Shown here piece after piece: positions 21,248 through 31,215 of a stretch of DNA of 64,000 nt. Positions within the stretch are counted from its first letter, which is position 1; the number at the start of each line of letters is the position of its first letter. This DNA is from a virus. The stretch is taken from the IMG/VR virus record IMGVR_UViG_3300035666_000002. The stretch is one strand, 5' to 3'. Under the pieces are notes generated by a model. That model saw nothing but the letters and a program-made list of their open reading frames with translations. It was not told the DNA's origin and ran no database searches. Position numbers and translations under genes: made by a program.

Positions 21248-21985
21248 ATGTTACCTAAAATTGATGTGCCTTTATATGAATTAAAGTTACCTCTTAGTAA
21301 GAAGAAGATTAAGTTTAGACCTTTTCTCGTCAAAGAAGAAAAGATTCTTTTGATGGCGATGGAATCAGATAATCAAGATTCTATTTTATTGGCAATTAAA
21401 CAGATTTTAAATAACTGCATTGTAAGTAAAATTAATATTGATGATTTACCGATTGTAGACTTCGAATTTCTTTTCATGCATTTGCGAGCAAGATCGGTCA
21501 GTGAACTTGTTGAATTGCAATATAGATGCAACAATGATGTTGAGGTCGAAGGTGAAAAGAAAAAGTGTGATAATTTAGTTAAGTTGAGTTTCAATGCACT
21601 TGAAGTGGAACCGGATCTTAAAGATGTCAAAGAGAAAATTGAATTAACACCTAAGCTAGGTATTGCAATGAAGTATCCAACTTACAAAGGTGTTGAAGAG
21701 TTAACGAAGAACAATGAGAAAATTTCTGCTGCTGATGTGGTCGCAAGAACAATCATCAATTCTATCGATTACATTTACGATGAAGAAAGTATTTACTATG
21801 CAAAAGATGTTCCCGAAAATGAGTTAGTTGAATTTATTGACAGTCTAACCAGAGAGCAATTTTTAAAAGTACAAGCATTTTTTGAAACTTTACCTAAATT
21901 GAAAAAAGAAATTAACTTCAAGTGCCCAAAATGTCAATATGAAGAATCTCTTGTATTAGAAGGAATCCAAAGTTTTTTCGGATGA
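21248..21985 (+). CDS. gp26: baseplate hub subunit (T4 gp26-like)
   Basis: LPKIDVPLYELKLP..KFRPFLVKEEKILLMA..LRARSV..CPKC..LEGIQSFF. Confidence 0.9.
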   Translation: MLPKIDVPLYELKLPLSKKKIKFRPFLVKEEKILLMAMESDNQDSILLAIKQILNNCIVSKINIDDLPIVDFEFLFMHLRARSVSELVELQYRCNNDVEVEGEKKKCDNLVKLSFNALEVEPDLKDVKEKIELTPKLGIAMKYPTYKGVEELTKNNEKISAADVVARTIINSIDYIYDEESIYYAKDVPENELVEFIDSLTREQFLKVQAFFETLPKLKKEINFKCPKCQYEESLVLEGIQSFFG

Positions 21986-22179
21986 TCTTTCGTTATGAAT
22001 CACTGAGTAACCATTACCAAACTAATTTCTCACTTATGCAACATCACAAATACAGCTTGACAGAATTAGATAATATGATTCCGTGGGAAAGAAGTATATA
22101 CGTTACTATGCTTCTCAAATATATTGAAGAAGAAAATGAGAAGATTAAACAACAACAACTAGCAAGAAGAAAACAATAA
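21982..22179 (+). CDS. gp51: baseplate hub assembly catalyst (gp51-like)
   Basis: YQTNFSLMQHHKYSLTELDNMIPWERSIYV. Confidence 0.9.
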   Translation: MIFRYESLSNHYQTNFSLMQHHKYSLTELDNMIPWERSIYVTMLLKYIEEENEKIKQQQLARRKQ

Positions 22180-24227
22180 TGGCAACTAAATTTTCTACCG
22201 TATATCGCCAAGAATTAAAAAACAAAGGCGTATTAGCTTCTCTAGGTGCAGCCGCTGGAAAAGGGCTTGCTGAACGAATGGACATCAGAAACTTGCTATT
22301 CAGTGGGCAAGGATTTTTGGGATCTACAGGTCAGAAAATTTTTGGAAAAGGATATTCACCAATTCGAAAATCTGGAGTAAAAGTTTCTGGGTTGTCTGAT
22401 ACACCTTCTGTTGAACTGACTTCTTTGCAACAATCTAATGAAAGACAAGAAGCATTACTGAAAGTTGTTGCTAAGAACACATTTAATATGAATATGATGG
22501 CGAGAGACATGAACATCACTCGCCAAAATATTGCATCATTGACAAAATCGGTAACTGGAAAATCTTCAAAGGGTGCTGATGCACTTTGGATGGGCGCAGC
22601 AAAAAGAGATTCATTATTATCATCTGCAAAGGCTGCACCTCAAACTACTACACCACAAAAAACAACAGGATCAACTTCATCATTTTTGGGTGGAATAGTT
22701 GGTGGTCTAGCAGGGCTTGGCGGTGGTGTCGGTTCTGTTATTTTTAGAGCACTTGGTTCTGTAATTGCAATTGCTCCTCTTTTAGGTATTGTAGGTATAG
22801 CAGCGTCCGCTTATGCAATCAAAGAAATGTCTAAAGGAATTAATTTTGGAGGAATTTTTGATTCTATCCAAAAAAGCATCGCAGATTTTTTGGGTGTTGA
22901 TCTGGAAAGTGAAGAGCCGGTTTTAAAACAACTAGCGAAAAAATTGAATAATCTTTTTGCAACAACAAAATTTACAGACATATATGACTGGGTTGAAAAA
23001 ACTTTTGGTGATGATTTCAAAGCAATTCGAAAAATGATCTCAGACGGAACCAAAATTACAATGGACTACACCAAAGCAGCATTTATAACTCTAGGAGAAA
23101 ATTTTGGTAAAATTGGCGAGATGTTTGGTTATCACTTCAGTCAATTTATCAATCAATACAAACCAGCAATTTTCGCAACTATGGGTGCTGCAATTGGTGC
23201 ATCAGTCGGCTCACTACTGGGATTAAAAGGTGCCGGATTAGGTCTTGTTATAGGAGCAGGAGCTGGTTGGATTTTGGGAAAACTAGGTAGAGAAAAAACT
23301 ATAGCAGACTTGGAGGAAGAAGTCTCCGCTAAACAAGAACAAGCAAAAAAACTAGAAAGTTTAATGATAAAAAATGAAAAAGGTGAATTTGTTCCAAGAA
23401 ATGAGGCACAAAAAGATGCTATGATATCTTTACAATCGGACATAATGAATCTCCAAGCAGAAATTGCATTAAAAAAACAACAAAAAGAACAGATGACATT
23501 AGGAAACCTTCCTCTGGGTGCAAATTTTAATAAAAATCTGGAACAGGTTCGAGCAGATAGGGAGAGGGGAGAAGGAACACCAAGTTCGGGTGGAGATACG
23601 AGAGCATTGAGCCCAACCAGAGTTGACCATAGCCCAAAAGCTATGATAGATTTGATAAGATCAAAATTTTTGCTTGCGGGTTATTCCGAAGAACAAGCTA
23701 TGGCAGCCGTAGCGAATGCAATACAAGAATCTAGATTGAATCCTTTAGCAAAGAGTGAGCCTCCTGAAAAAAGTTACGGATTATTTCAAATCAATACCGA
23801 AGCTCATCCTGGGTATACTAAAGAACAGTTGTTAGACCCGGAAAAAAATATTGATGCTATGTTGAAAATTATGAAAACTGATTATGCAGAAGATGATAAA
23901 ATTTTTAGAACAATAAATGATGTAGAAAAAGCAACACGATATTTCGGTCTTAGAATGTCAAGACCATTCGATAGATCGGAAGGTGCAATGCAAAAAAGAG
24001 TTGCTAACCTGCAAAGAATACCTGGGCTTATGTTGGATCAGAAAAGTCAGGACCTAGCTGCAACAACTAGAGGCTTCAGTGCTCCTTCTTCAGCACCTGC
24101 TATTCCAGTTCCTCCTTCACCACCCAATCAACAAGCAGCCGCACCGAAGACTTCAACACCACAAGTTGCAAATCCAGATACAATAGAACTTTTCTTTAAT
24201 CTGGCTTTTGCTGGCACTACAAGATAG
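22179..24227 (+). CDS. tape-measure-like protein with C-terminal phage tail lysozyme domain
   Basis: Gly/Ala-rich hydrophobic stretches, coiled coil, and AAVANAIQESRLNP..SYGLFQIN lysozyme-like motif; follows gp51. Confidence 0.75.
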   Translation: MATKFSTVYRQELKNKGVLASLGAAAGKGLAERMDIRNLLFSGQGFLGSTGQKIFGKGYSPIRKSGVKVSGLSDTPSVELTSLQQSNERQEALLKVVAKNTFNMNMMARDMNITRQNIASLTKSVTGKSSKGADALWMGAAKRDSLLSSAKAAPQTTTPQKTTGSTSSFLGGIVGGLAGLGGGVGSVIFRALGSVIAIAPLLGIVGIAASAYAIKEMSKGINFGGIFDSIQKSIADFLGVDLESEEPVLKQLAKKLNNLFATTKFTDIYDWVEKTFGDDFKAIRKMISDGTKITMDYTKAAFITLGENFGKIGEMFGYHFSQFINQYKPAIFATMGAAIGASVGSLLGLKGAGLGLVIGAGAGWILGKLGREKTIADLEEEVSAKQEQAKKLESLMIKNEKGEFVPRNEAQKDAMISLQSDIMNLQAEIALKKQQKEQMTLGNLPLGANFNKNLEQVRADRERGEGTPSSGGDTRALSPTRVDHSPKAMIDLIRSKFLLAGYSEEQAMAAVANAIQESRLNPLAKSEPPEKSYGLFQINTEAHPGYTKEQLLDPEKNIDAMLKIMKTDYAEDDKIFRTINDVEKATRYFGLRMSRPFDRSEGAMQKRVANLQRIPGLMLDQKSQDLAATTRGFSAPSSAPAIPVPPSPPNQQAAAPKTSTPQVANPDTIELFFNLAFAGTTR

Positions 24228-24254
24228 AAAAAACCCCGCTTTCGCGGGGTTTTT
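24228..24254. terminator. bidirectional rho-independent terminator
   Basis: AAAAA-CCCCGC-TTTC-GCGGGG-TTTTT between convergent genes. Confidence 0.9.
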
Positions 24255-24257
24255 GTT

Positions 24258-25151
24258 TTAGTTTGATTCTGCTAGAGATTTGAAATAATCTAGATCATCT
24301 TCTTCAGCAGTTACGGGTGCTTTAGTTGGTGCTGGCATAAGCGACTTTGGTGCTTCAGTCACACGCGCCTGCGCGGGAGCAGGAGCATCTTCAGTATCAC
24401 CTTCAAAACCCAGAACTTTATCCAAACGACCTTTCAGCAATTCATAACTCTTGAAATTCTTACGGTCAAGAAATTCTTTGAGTGAATGTTCTTGAGCATA
24501 AAGTTTTTCAAGTTTAGCATCATCACCATCAAAAAGTGCAGACGGATCCGAGAATTCTGATTTATCATAATTGCGATAACCTTCGACATTACGAATCTTC
24601 AGTTTGAAGTTAGCGCCTTCCCAGAAGTCAAACGGATTCAAGGGCTTTTCATCCGCGAATTCTGGATTCATTGCTTCAGTAATCTTGTCGAAAATTTTCT
24701 TACCGAACTTAAACAAACGAACCGTTCCTTCATTTTCAGGATTTGAAGGATCGGATACAACATAAATGTTAGCAACATATGAAAGCTTACGCTTTTGTTT
24801 CCTAACAATCTCTTTGTTCGATTCGACACCTGAATTCCAAAGAGTGCTATTGTGTTCGCACACAGGGCACTTCTCATTCAAAGTTGTCAAACAGTTGTCA
24901 ATCAGCCAACCACCTGGTCCCTGAAAGCCATGATTGAAGATTCGTACCCAAGGAAGACCATCCTCACCATCAACAGAGGGTGCGGGAAGAAAACGAATAA
25001 CTGCCATTCCGTTTCCAGATTTGTCTACATTAGGTTGCCAGAATCGAGTATCGTCTTTTGAGCCAGCTTCAGCAGCTTGATTGGTGCTCTCGATTGCTTT
25101 AGTCAGTTTATCGAGGCTAGAACGATTGCGTTTGAGATTTGCAAATGACAT
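24258..25151 (-). CDS. gp32: single-stranded DNA-binding protein (T4 gp32)
   Basis: DTRFW..DKSGNGMAVIRFLPA..HGFQGPGGW.IDNC..CPVC, acidic tail; start moved to ATG 25151 behind an AAAGGA RBS. Confidence 0.97.
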   Translation of the reverse strand: MSFANLKRNRSSLDKLTKAIESTNQAAEAGSKDDTRFWQPNVDKSGNGMAVIRFLPAPSVDGEDGLPWVRIFNHGFQGPGGWLIDNCLTTLNEKCPVCEHNSTLWNSGVESNKEIVRKQKRKLSYVANIYVVSDPSNPENEGTVRLFKFGKKIFDKITEAMNPEFADEKPLNPFDFWEGANFKLKIRNVEGYRNYDKSEFSDPSALFDGDDAKLEKLYAQEHSLKEFLDRKNFKSYELLKGRLDKVLGFEGDTEDAPAPAQARVTEAPKSLMPAPTKAPVTAEEDDLDYFKSLAESN

Positions 25152-25219
25152 GATATTTCCTTTCGTATAACGGTGTATAAACGGTGTATTTAAATTGTCC
25201 ACATAAACATAATATACTA

Positions 25220-25711
25220 TTATTTAGCAACATGCAAGATGTGGTTTAGTTTTTTTACGGTATCTTTTACATCTACATGAAGAATTCCGTAACCACCTGC
25301 TTTATTGAAAGACTCAATAACATCAGGTGTATCGTCGATCAAAATACTTTTTGAGTTTGCATATTTTGCTTTGAGTGAACGACCTGGTACGATGTTCACC
25401 TTCACACGAATATCTTTACTCTGCAACCAAAATTTCTTTTGATCTTCAACAACAGGATGATACTTTTTGCCTCCAGAAGAAGACAAGATTTCAATATCAA
25501 TCCCTGTATCTTTTACAACTTGTAAAAGTGTTTGACCTCCAGGATTCCAATCCAATGTTTTGAATTGCTCAGTCTCAACAAATTTAGTCCAGTTGTCCGA
25601 CCATTCTTTGTTAGCGCGAGAAAGTGTTGGAGATTCTCCAAAAAGTTTAGTGTACCTTGCTTCAAAATCGCAAAGAACACCATCCATATCAAGATAAATT
25701 TTTGTGATCAT
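25220..25711 (-). CDS. HAD-family 5'(3')-deoxyribonucleotidase-like protein
   Basis: IYLDMDGVLCDF and ILIDD motifs. Confidence 0.85.
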   Translation of the reverse strand: MITKIYLDMDGVLCDFEARYTKLFGESPTLSRANKEWSDNWTKFVETEQFKTLDWNPGGQTLLQVVKDTGIDIEILSSSGGKKYHPVVEDQKKFWLQSKDIRVKVNIVPGRSLKAKYANSKSILIDDTPDVIESFNKAGGYGILHVDVKDTVKKLNHILHVAK

Positions 25712-26289
25712 TTAAATGCCTCTAGAGCGATTTTCCTACATTTTTCTTTATCGAAACTTACAAATGGAGTATATCTCATCCACCTAGAAAAAGCAATAGG
25801 CCAGACGATGGTATCCTTGATTTTTTCCTTCCACTTAGGTAAGAAATTCATCAATGAATTCAATATGATAACAGTCTCATCACAGACAGTTCCCTGTCTA
25901 CTGAGTACGAAAAGTTTCGGATAGTCACTGCAAACCTTTAACAAATCGTTAACTTTGCCGTGATTTGAGAGTTCATGGCAATCATTTTTGAAAACATAGG
26001 ACAATGATTGAATTCGTTTCATTCGATTGTAGTGCGTTTCATTCGCTTCATCTGTCAGTAGATTGCCAGCCCAAGAATCGGGATCATTCAAAAGATTAGA
26101 AATAACAAATTCTTTATATTCGTCTGTATCATACTTTCTGGACAACTTATAAAAATAATACTTGTCTTTTCTTTTCTCGAATGTCTCGATTGTGATGTTG
26201 CATTTACCATTGTACTTGAAATAATCATAATTCGTTGTGAAATGTAATTTCAAGACATGGTAAATGCTGAACGCTTCATAGCCTGTCAT
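25708..26289 (-). CDS. gp59: helicase loader (T4 gp59)
   Basis: YHVLKLHFT..YDYFKYNGK..FEKRKDKYYFYKLSRK. Confidence 0.92.
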   Translation of the reverse strand: MTGYEAFSIYHVLKLHFTTNYDYFKYNGKCNITIETFEKRKDKYYFYKLSRKYDTDEYKEFVISNLLNDPDSWAGNLLTDEANETHYNRMKRIQSLSYVFKNDCHELSNHGKVNDLLKVCSDYPKLFVLSRQGTVCDETVIILNSLMNFLPKWKEKIKDTIVWPIAFSRWMRYTPFVSFDKEKCRKIALEAFK

Positions 26290-26507
26290 ATTGGTAAACG
26301 TCTAGTTTTCGGAAGTAAATTCAATGCTTGTGCATCAATTTCGATTTTAGCCTTCAAATCTTTATTGACAAGGGTTGATGCAACTTCTACTTCCATTCCT
26401 GTTCGATTACAATATTCTATGATTGCTTCCATATAGTTGTAATCAGTTCCAGAAACAATATTTTCTATTTCTTCATAGAACTTGTGCATCTCTTCTTTTG
26501 TAGGCAT
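26286..26507 (-). CDS. gp33: late-promoter transcription coactivator (T4 gp33)
   Basis: YMEAIIEYC..EVEVASTLV..LKAKIEIDA..LNLL; synteny gp32-59-33-dsbA. Confidence 0.9.
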   Translation of the reverse strand: MPTKEEMHKFYEEIENIVSGTDYNYMEAIIEYCNRTGMEVEVASTLVNKDLKAKIEIDAQALNLLPKTRRLPI

Positions 26508-26508
26508 A

Positions 26509-26781
26509 TTACTTTACAATCGTTTCATAGAGTTGTTCAAATTGTTCGTGTGTTGCAACTTCTTCATCATAGTTCTGTTTATGATACACTTTAACCAAAC
26601 GATTTACAAGTCGTTTTGGAAGTTTCAAATCTTCACATACAGTCTTTACCGCTTCTTTGATAAGATCCTTCTCTGCTTCGATTCTTGTCATTGAATTAGA
26701 ACATTCGCGAATTGCATCGAGAAGTTTCTTGCGATCCGCCTCAGCAGAAATTTGATTGATACTAAATTGTTTCACTGCCAT
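26509..26781 (-). CDS. dsbA: dsDNA-binding protein (T4 DsbA-like)
   Basis: IRECSNSMTRIEAEKDLIKE..VKVYHKQNY; synteny. Confidence 0.8.
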   Translation of the reverse strand: MAVKQFSINQISAEADRKKLLDAIRECSNSMTRIEAEKDLIKEAVKTVCEDLKLPKRLVNRLVKVYHKQNYDEEVATHEQFEQLYETIVK

Positions 26782-26792
26782 AATATATCTCC

Positions 26793-27956
26793 TTAAAAGA
26801 AACCGATTTTACCACCGACTTTGTGGTTAGTTTTTAACTCATTCTTAGATTTGTCACCAAAAATTTCAGCGAGAGTCCAAGAATCTTTCTTTTCATTCAA
26901 ACTAAAACCTTGTTTTTCAGCCAAAGCCTTAGCTTGGTTGTCATCCAACTTTTCGAATTTCAGAATATCAAAACAACGACCTGGTCGAATCAGTGCTTCA
27001 TCAACATCACGAACGGAAGGAAGATTTGTTGAAAAAATCAACTTCTTTCCCTTTGTTGTGACTAGACCATCACCAACATTCAGAAATCGATGCATCATTG
27101 TATTACCTTCACTTCTTGCTTTCAAAAAATTATCCGAATCTTCAAGAACAAGTAGATTTACATTCTGCTCAATGAAGTTTGCGAATACGAAATCTTTCTC
27201 CAGAATCGAAGCATCATATGTCACCATTGCTGATGATCCAGTATGTGAGAGAAGACCTCGAATGAAAGTTGTCTTGCCTGTTCCTGGAGGTCCAATCAAA
27301 AGAAGAACATTTGAGTTGGACTTCATGAAAGAATCATAGTAATCTGCTAGAGGTGTACCTAGAAAAGGATACATCTCATCACAAGGAAGCAAATTAGTGT
27401 TTAGAGGAACATTAACGCTATCACCATTCTGAGAATAAATCCATTCAATATATGATGTCACTTCCTCAAATTCGTTTAGAAGAACGTCAGTCTCTTCTTG
27501 AACAAATTTTTCATCGCCATAAATTTTCACTTCAATAGAATTCGATGATGCATCATATCGAATGAAGTTCAAATTGTCCAACAGAATAATACCTGAAGTA
27601 TCATTCATCTGAAGAATTTTACAATCGATGTATGCTTGCATCATATATTCGTTCCAGACTTTGCGATTACCATGCAACTTCAATTCTTCATTGATGGTAG
27701 ACAAATCGGAGTCATAACGCTCCTTCATCATCTTACTAAAAACATAATCAGAAAAGTCTGATGCACCAACAAAAATACTATTATCTTCCATATTATTCCT
27801 CAAAATGGGAGCCGGAAAGTCATAAGAATCCCAAACAAATCTTTTCAATACTCTTTTTTTTCTGCGACCCGACAATTTCCACCTTCTAGGTCTAACAGTT
27901 GGTTTAGAAATTGTTCCTGCTCTGAGTTCGGCTAAAATTTGCTCAAATGGGCTCAT
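26793..27956 (-). CDS. AAA+ ATPase
   Basis: Walker A GPPGTGKT, Walker B LVLED, SRH DEALIRPGRCFD; alternative start at 27791 behind GAGGA. Confidence 0.85.
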   Translation of the reverse strand: MSPFEQILAELRAGTISKPTVRPRRWKLSGRRKKRVLKRFVWDSYDFPAPILRNNMEDNSIFVGASDFSDYVFSKMMKERYDSDLSTINEELKLHGNRKVWNEYMMQAYIDCKILQMNDTSGIILLDNLNFIRYDASSNSIEVKIYGDEKFVQEETDVLLNEFEEVTSYIEWIYSQNGDSVNVPLNTNLLPCDEMYPFLGTPLADYYDSFMKSNSNVLLLIGPPGTGKTTFIRGLLSHTGSSAMVTYDASILEKDFVFANFIEQNVNLLVLEDSDNFLKARSEGNTMMHRFLNVGDGLVTTKGKKLIFSTNLPSVRDVDEALIRPGRCFDILKFEKLDDNQAKALAEKQGFSLNEKKDSWTLAEIFGDKSKNELKTNHKVGGKIGFF

Positions 27957-28345
27957 TTAAATAGAATCAAAGCAAGAAAAACTGAATTAACAATAAAACC
28001 TGCACCAATTGTAAGAACATTTATTGTGTCTTTCAAAATAGCAGCACGAATAAATCCCATGACTAAAGCTCCCCACATAAACAAAACAAGATCGATAGGA
28101 GGAGTTTTGTCTGTTATGCCAGCCATTATAGCAAGAAATGTTGGAATAAGCGAGGCATGAAGTAGAACAATACCGAGCCAACCAATCGATTCTGCTGTAC
28201 TAGGCTTCAGCTTATGTTCAAAAAAATGTTTGATTCCTTCTCGAAAGGTTAAAAGTCTTTCTTGCCAATCAGCCTTTGTAGAAGATGTGTTTTCCAATTT
28301 TGGCAACTCTTTGTCTTTTCCATCCTGGGTTGATGTAGTCTGCAT
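27953..28345 (-). CDS. membrane protein (about 3 TM segments), overlapping the hydrolase 3' end
   Basis: Hydrophobic segments in the C-terminal 80 aa; start uncertain (ATG 28345 assumed). Confidence 0.65.
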   Translation of the reverse strand: MQTTSTQDGKDKELPKLENTSSTKADWQERLLTFREGIKHFFEHKLKPSTAESIGWLGIVLLHASLIPTFLAIMAGITDKTPPIDLVLFMWGALVMGFIRAAILKDTINVLTIGAGFIVNSVFLALILFK

Positions 28346-28802
28346 GATAGTATAATGTGTCCTCTTTGATAATGTCAAGTTTGAATCCTTCGAGAAGTAC
28401 CTTTTTAGCCACAGCCTCGGATTCTTTATAGGTTGCTGCATGGATGGGCCTCACTTTCGCTTTTGAATCACAGTACCAACTAAACTGACAGATTAAATTA
28501 TTATACACTAAATTTCGTTCATATACAACTGCACAAATATCTTTTGGAAATTTACCTGATTTAGTTCTATTGATGGTTACTTGAGCAACAGCTACTTTGC
28601 CTTCAAAAGGTTCTGTTCCTGCTTCATAATATATGTTTTTCGTTAGACAGTCAAGTTCTTTTTCGCGTTGAGCCATTGTGACATATGGCGGATGTTTACT
28701 TTCTTTAACCTCTTCAAATTTTTGATCGACTAGTATATGAAAGTGTTGCACGAAAAAGTATCCAAGAATGCCTATGAAAACAAGTTTCATAAAATGCATC
28801 AA
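28269..28802 (-). CDS. cell wall hydrolase (SleB/Hydrolase_2 family) with N-terminal membrane anchor
   Basis: CLTKNIYYEAGTEPFEGKVAVAQVTINR..ICAVVY..CQFSWYC..YYHADYINPGW..IGKHIFY. Confidence 0.9.
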   Translation of the reverse strand: MMHFMKLVFIGILGYFFVQHFHILVDQKFEEVKESKHPPYVTMAQREKELDCLTKNIYYEAGTEPFEGKVAVAQVTINRTKSGKFPKDICAVVYERNLVYNNLICQFSWYCDSKAKVRPIHAATYKESEAVAKKVLLEGFKLDIIKEDTLYYHADYINPGWKRQRVAKIGKHIFYKG

Positions 28803-28816
28803 TGATCTCCTTTGAA

Positions 28817-29102
28817 TGGTGGGTTATTCTGTTACGAGGAAACCCACCGAAACCCTAGGCTGTGTTTAGGCAGCCAATGCGAAACGTTCTTCGTTTGCGT
28901 TTACTTCGATTTACTTTTAGCGACTCTCTGTGTCGAACCGTCCATCTTCCTACTTATTGCCCCGTCGAAACCAGGTCAGGCCCATCAGAAGCACACAAAG
29001 ACCTTTTGGCTACTGCCGATACCAGTCGATATGCACTTCTGGTGGACCTGGGCGGAATCGAACCGCCGTCCGAGACACTTTTCAGTCAACTTCATACGAT
29101 CA
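28817..29102 (-). ncRNA. ssrA: circularly permuted (two-piece) tmRNA; tag ANEERFALAA
   Basis: T-arm and acceptor 3' strand GGCGGTTCGATTCCGCCCAGGTCCACCA ends at 29040, upstream of the 5' end GGGCCTGACCTGGTTTCGAC starting at 28983; G3.U70 pair; tag ORF 28898-28866; outer limits approximate. Confidence 0.92.
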
Positions 29103-29144
29103 TGTGGTATTATATAGCAATAAAGATTTAAGGTGAGGCAATCT

Positions 29145-30356
29145 TTACTCTACAAAATATTTTTTACTATGCAATAAAGGTAAAGTAGAAAATTCGAATC
29201 TTTTTTGTTGATTAAAATTGTAAGAAGTTGTCTTAATCAAACTAGAAAAATTTTGTATATATTTTAAAGCACCATTATTCCATATTTTAACATACTTGTC
29301 ATCCAACTTATCGACCCACCAACAATCAATATTTTTTTTACCATTAAGACGTAGTTTGGGGGTTACTATATTTGGAGACCAATGTGGATATATTGTTTTG
29401 TGATATAGATCATATCTCAAATTTTTTCTCAAATGTAATTTAGATTCACAGGTAAAAGAATTTCTGAATTCTGTATTATCTAACTTATTTGAATTTTCGA
29501 AGAGTGACACATCATTTTGTTTCTCATATTTTTCCACTGTTTTTTTGAGAAGGTGAATTTGCTTTATGATTAATTCGGGGAACTTTGGAGTTTGATAAAA
29601 AAATTCTATTATATTCGTTGGATTTAACTCGATACAATTATGCATACTTGTTGTTATGTCGCATGCCATAATATCATTGAATACTGTATAATATTTTTTA
29701 TCGTTTAATTTAAGCAAAGGTTTATCGACACCCATAACCACACCCACTTTTTTGCCGGATGATATCATATCGAATATATGAGGAATATATTTAACCCATA
29801 TTCCTCTCATCATCCAGAATGATGGAAATGTACCAGATGAAAACAATAACTCATAATAGTCTTTAGAATATAAATCATCCCATATTTTTTTAGTAATTTC
29901 TATTTCATCTACAATCGTTACCTTAGTTTCCATGTTTTCTTTTAAAAGTCTTTCTAAAATAGGTTTAACATTATAGACGTAATCGGCGTTATGGATTGTT
30001 CCTTGCACAACAGATGTAGAATTGTAAGTGTTGAAATTTATGATTTCATCTAACTTTATTTGATTTCTCAAAAAAGTTTGTAAAATATTTGTGCTATCTG
30101 GTCCTCCACTATATTGAAGGATGACATAATCATATTCATCTCTTATTTGCTGTGCTCTTCTTCTATAAAACTCCTCTATAGAAACTTCAGGTTCCGGCTC
30201 TCGCGTCCAATCATATCTATCAAAAACATGTTCATTAAATTTATACTCAACTCTAGCATTTTTAAGCAAAGCTTCGTTGTATGCTAAATTTTTAGAAAAG
30301 AATATTTTTCCACCAACTGAGTAATATCCAAAATCGTTATTCAGAGATAATGTCAT
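29145..30356 (-). CDS. PP-loop (adenine nucleotide alpha-hydrolase-like) protein
   Basis: LQYSGGPDS motif; paralogous to 33240..34322. Confidence 0.7.
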   Translation of the reverse strand: MTLSLNNDFGYYSVGGKIFFSKNLAYNEALLKNARVEYKFNEHVFDRYDWTREPEPEVSIEEFYRRRAQQIRDEYDYVILQYSGGPDSTNILQTFLRNQIKLDEIINFNTYNSTSVVQGTIHNADYVYNVKPILERLLKENMETKVTIVDEIEITKKIWDDLYSKDYYELLFSSGTFPSFWMMRGIWVKYIPHIFDMISSGKKVGVVMGVDKPLLKLNDKKYYTVFNDIMACDITTSMHNCIELNPTNIIEFFYQTPKFPELIIKQIHLLKKTVEKYEKQNDVSLFENSNKLDNTEFRNSFTCESKLHLRKNLRYDLYHKTIYPHWSPNIVTPKLRLNGKKNIDCWWVDKLDDKYVKIWNNGALKYIQNFSSLIKTTSYNFNQQKRFEFSTLPLLHSKKYFVE

Positions 30357-31215
30357 TTATAAGTTTTTCAGGAGATGTTATTGAATGTGTCCCAAAGTGA
30401 ATATCCATAGTTTTCCTAACATTTATAGATGTTTCACTTTCGAAATATTTTTTCAGATACACTCTAAGTTTATCAACTTGTTCTTTATTAGCATTCTTAT
30501 TTGCAAACAAGAAGATGTTATTGTACAACTTAAATTCATTTTCAACCGACAAATTTAAATCTTTCAGAGTGGGAACATCTGGCAAGTAACTCGATTTGGA
30601 AGGACCAAATATTGCTAAGGGGATTAATGTATTATTTTTTACGTATTGGTGTATATTATTTGGTATACTAACTCCCAATACTATGTGCCTTCCTATGACA
30701 TCGTTTGTCACAGCAGTTCCGCTCTTATATGGTATTCCTATAAAATTTTTAGAATTTGAATATGTATCAGTGATGATATGAATCAATTTTCCATTACTAC
30801 TACTTCCCGCGAATCCATAGCTGATTACATCAGTCTGAGATTTTTCCAATACTTCTTTAAGGCTACGATAATTACTTTTAGAGTTTACGAAAATAATTCC
30901 AGGTATAGTTCCCATATAAGCAACTGGAGTCAAATCGCGCAAAGGATTGGTTGACCAATTTTGAACTGGTCCCATCATTAAAGTAATCTTTTCTGTTTTA
31001 TTCTCAGAAAGAGCAGAAGCACCAATAGAACCTTGGGCTCCTGGCTTAAACTCTATTATCACATTTCCAAAAAATTCATTAAAAAATGACTGCATCTCCA
31101 GAGCATATTTGTGAACAAGTCCACCGGGACCCACTGGCAGAATTAAAACGGTCGGCTGCTTAGCCGAACATATTGAAGAGAAAAATATTAACAAAGATAA
31201 TAACAAACGTTTCAT
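30337..31215 (-). CDS. Bug/TctC-like tripartite tricarboxylate transporter substrate-binding protein
   Basis: Signal peptide; PVGPGG, EFKPGAQGSIG, IPYKSG, LPDVPTLKD motifs of the Bug family. Confidence 0.8.
   Translation of the reverse strand: MKRLLLSLLIFFSSICSAKQPTVLILPVGPGGLVHKYALEMQSFFNEFFGNVIIEFKPGAQGSIGASALSENKTEKITLMMGPVQNWSTNPLRDLTPVAYMGTIPGIIFVNSKSNYRSLKEVLEKSQTDVISYGFAGSSSNGKLIHIITDTYSNSKNFIGIPYKSGTAVTNDVIGRHIVLGVSIPNNIHQYVKNNTLIPLAIFGPSKSSYLPDVPTLKDLNLSVENEFKLYNNIFLFANKNANKEQVDKLRVYLKKYFESETSINVRKTMDIHFGTHSITSPEKLINDIISE

Noticed and set aside
28812-29136. Three + strand ORFs (28812..29117, 28862..29131, 28930..29136)
   Set aside because: Antisense to the tmRNA gene, which explains the sequence.
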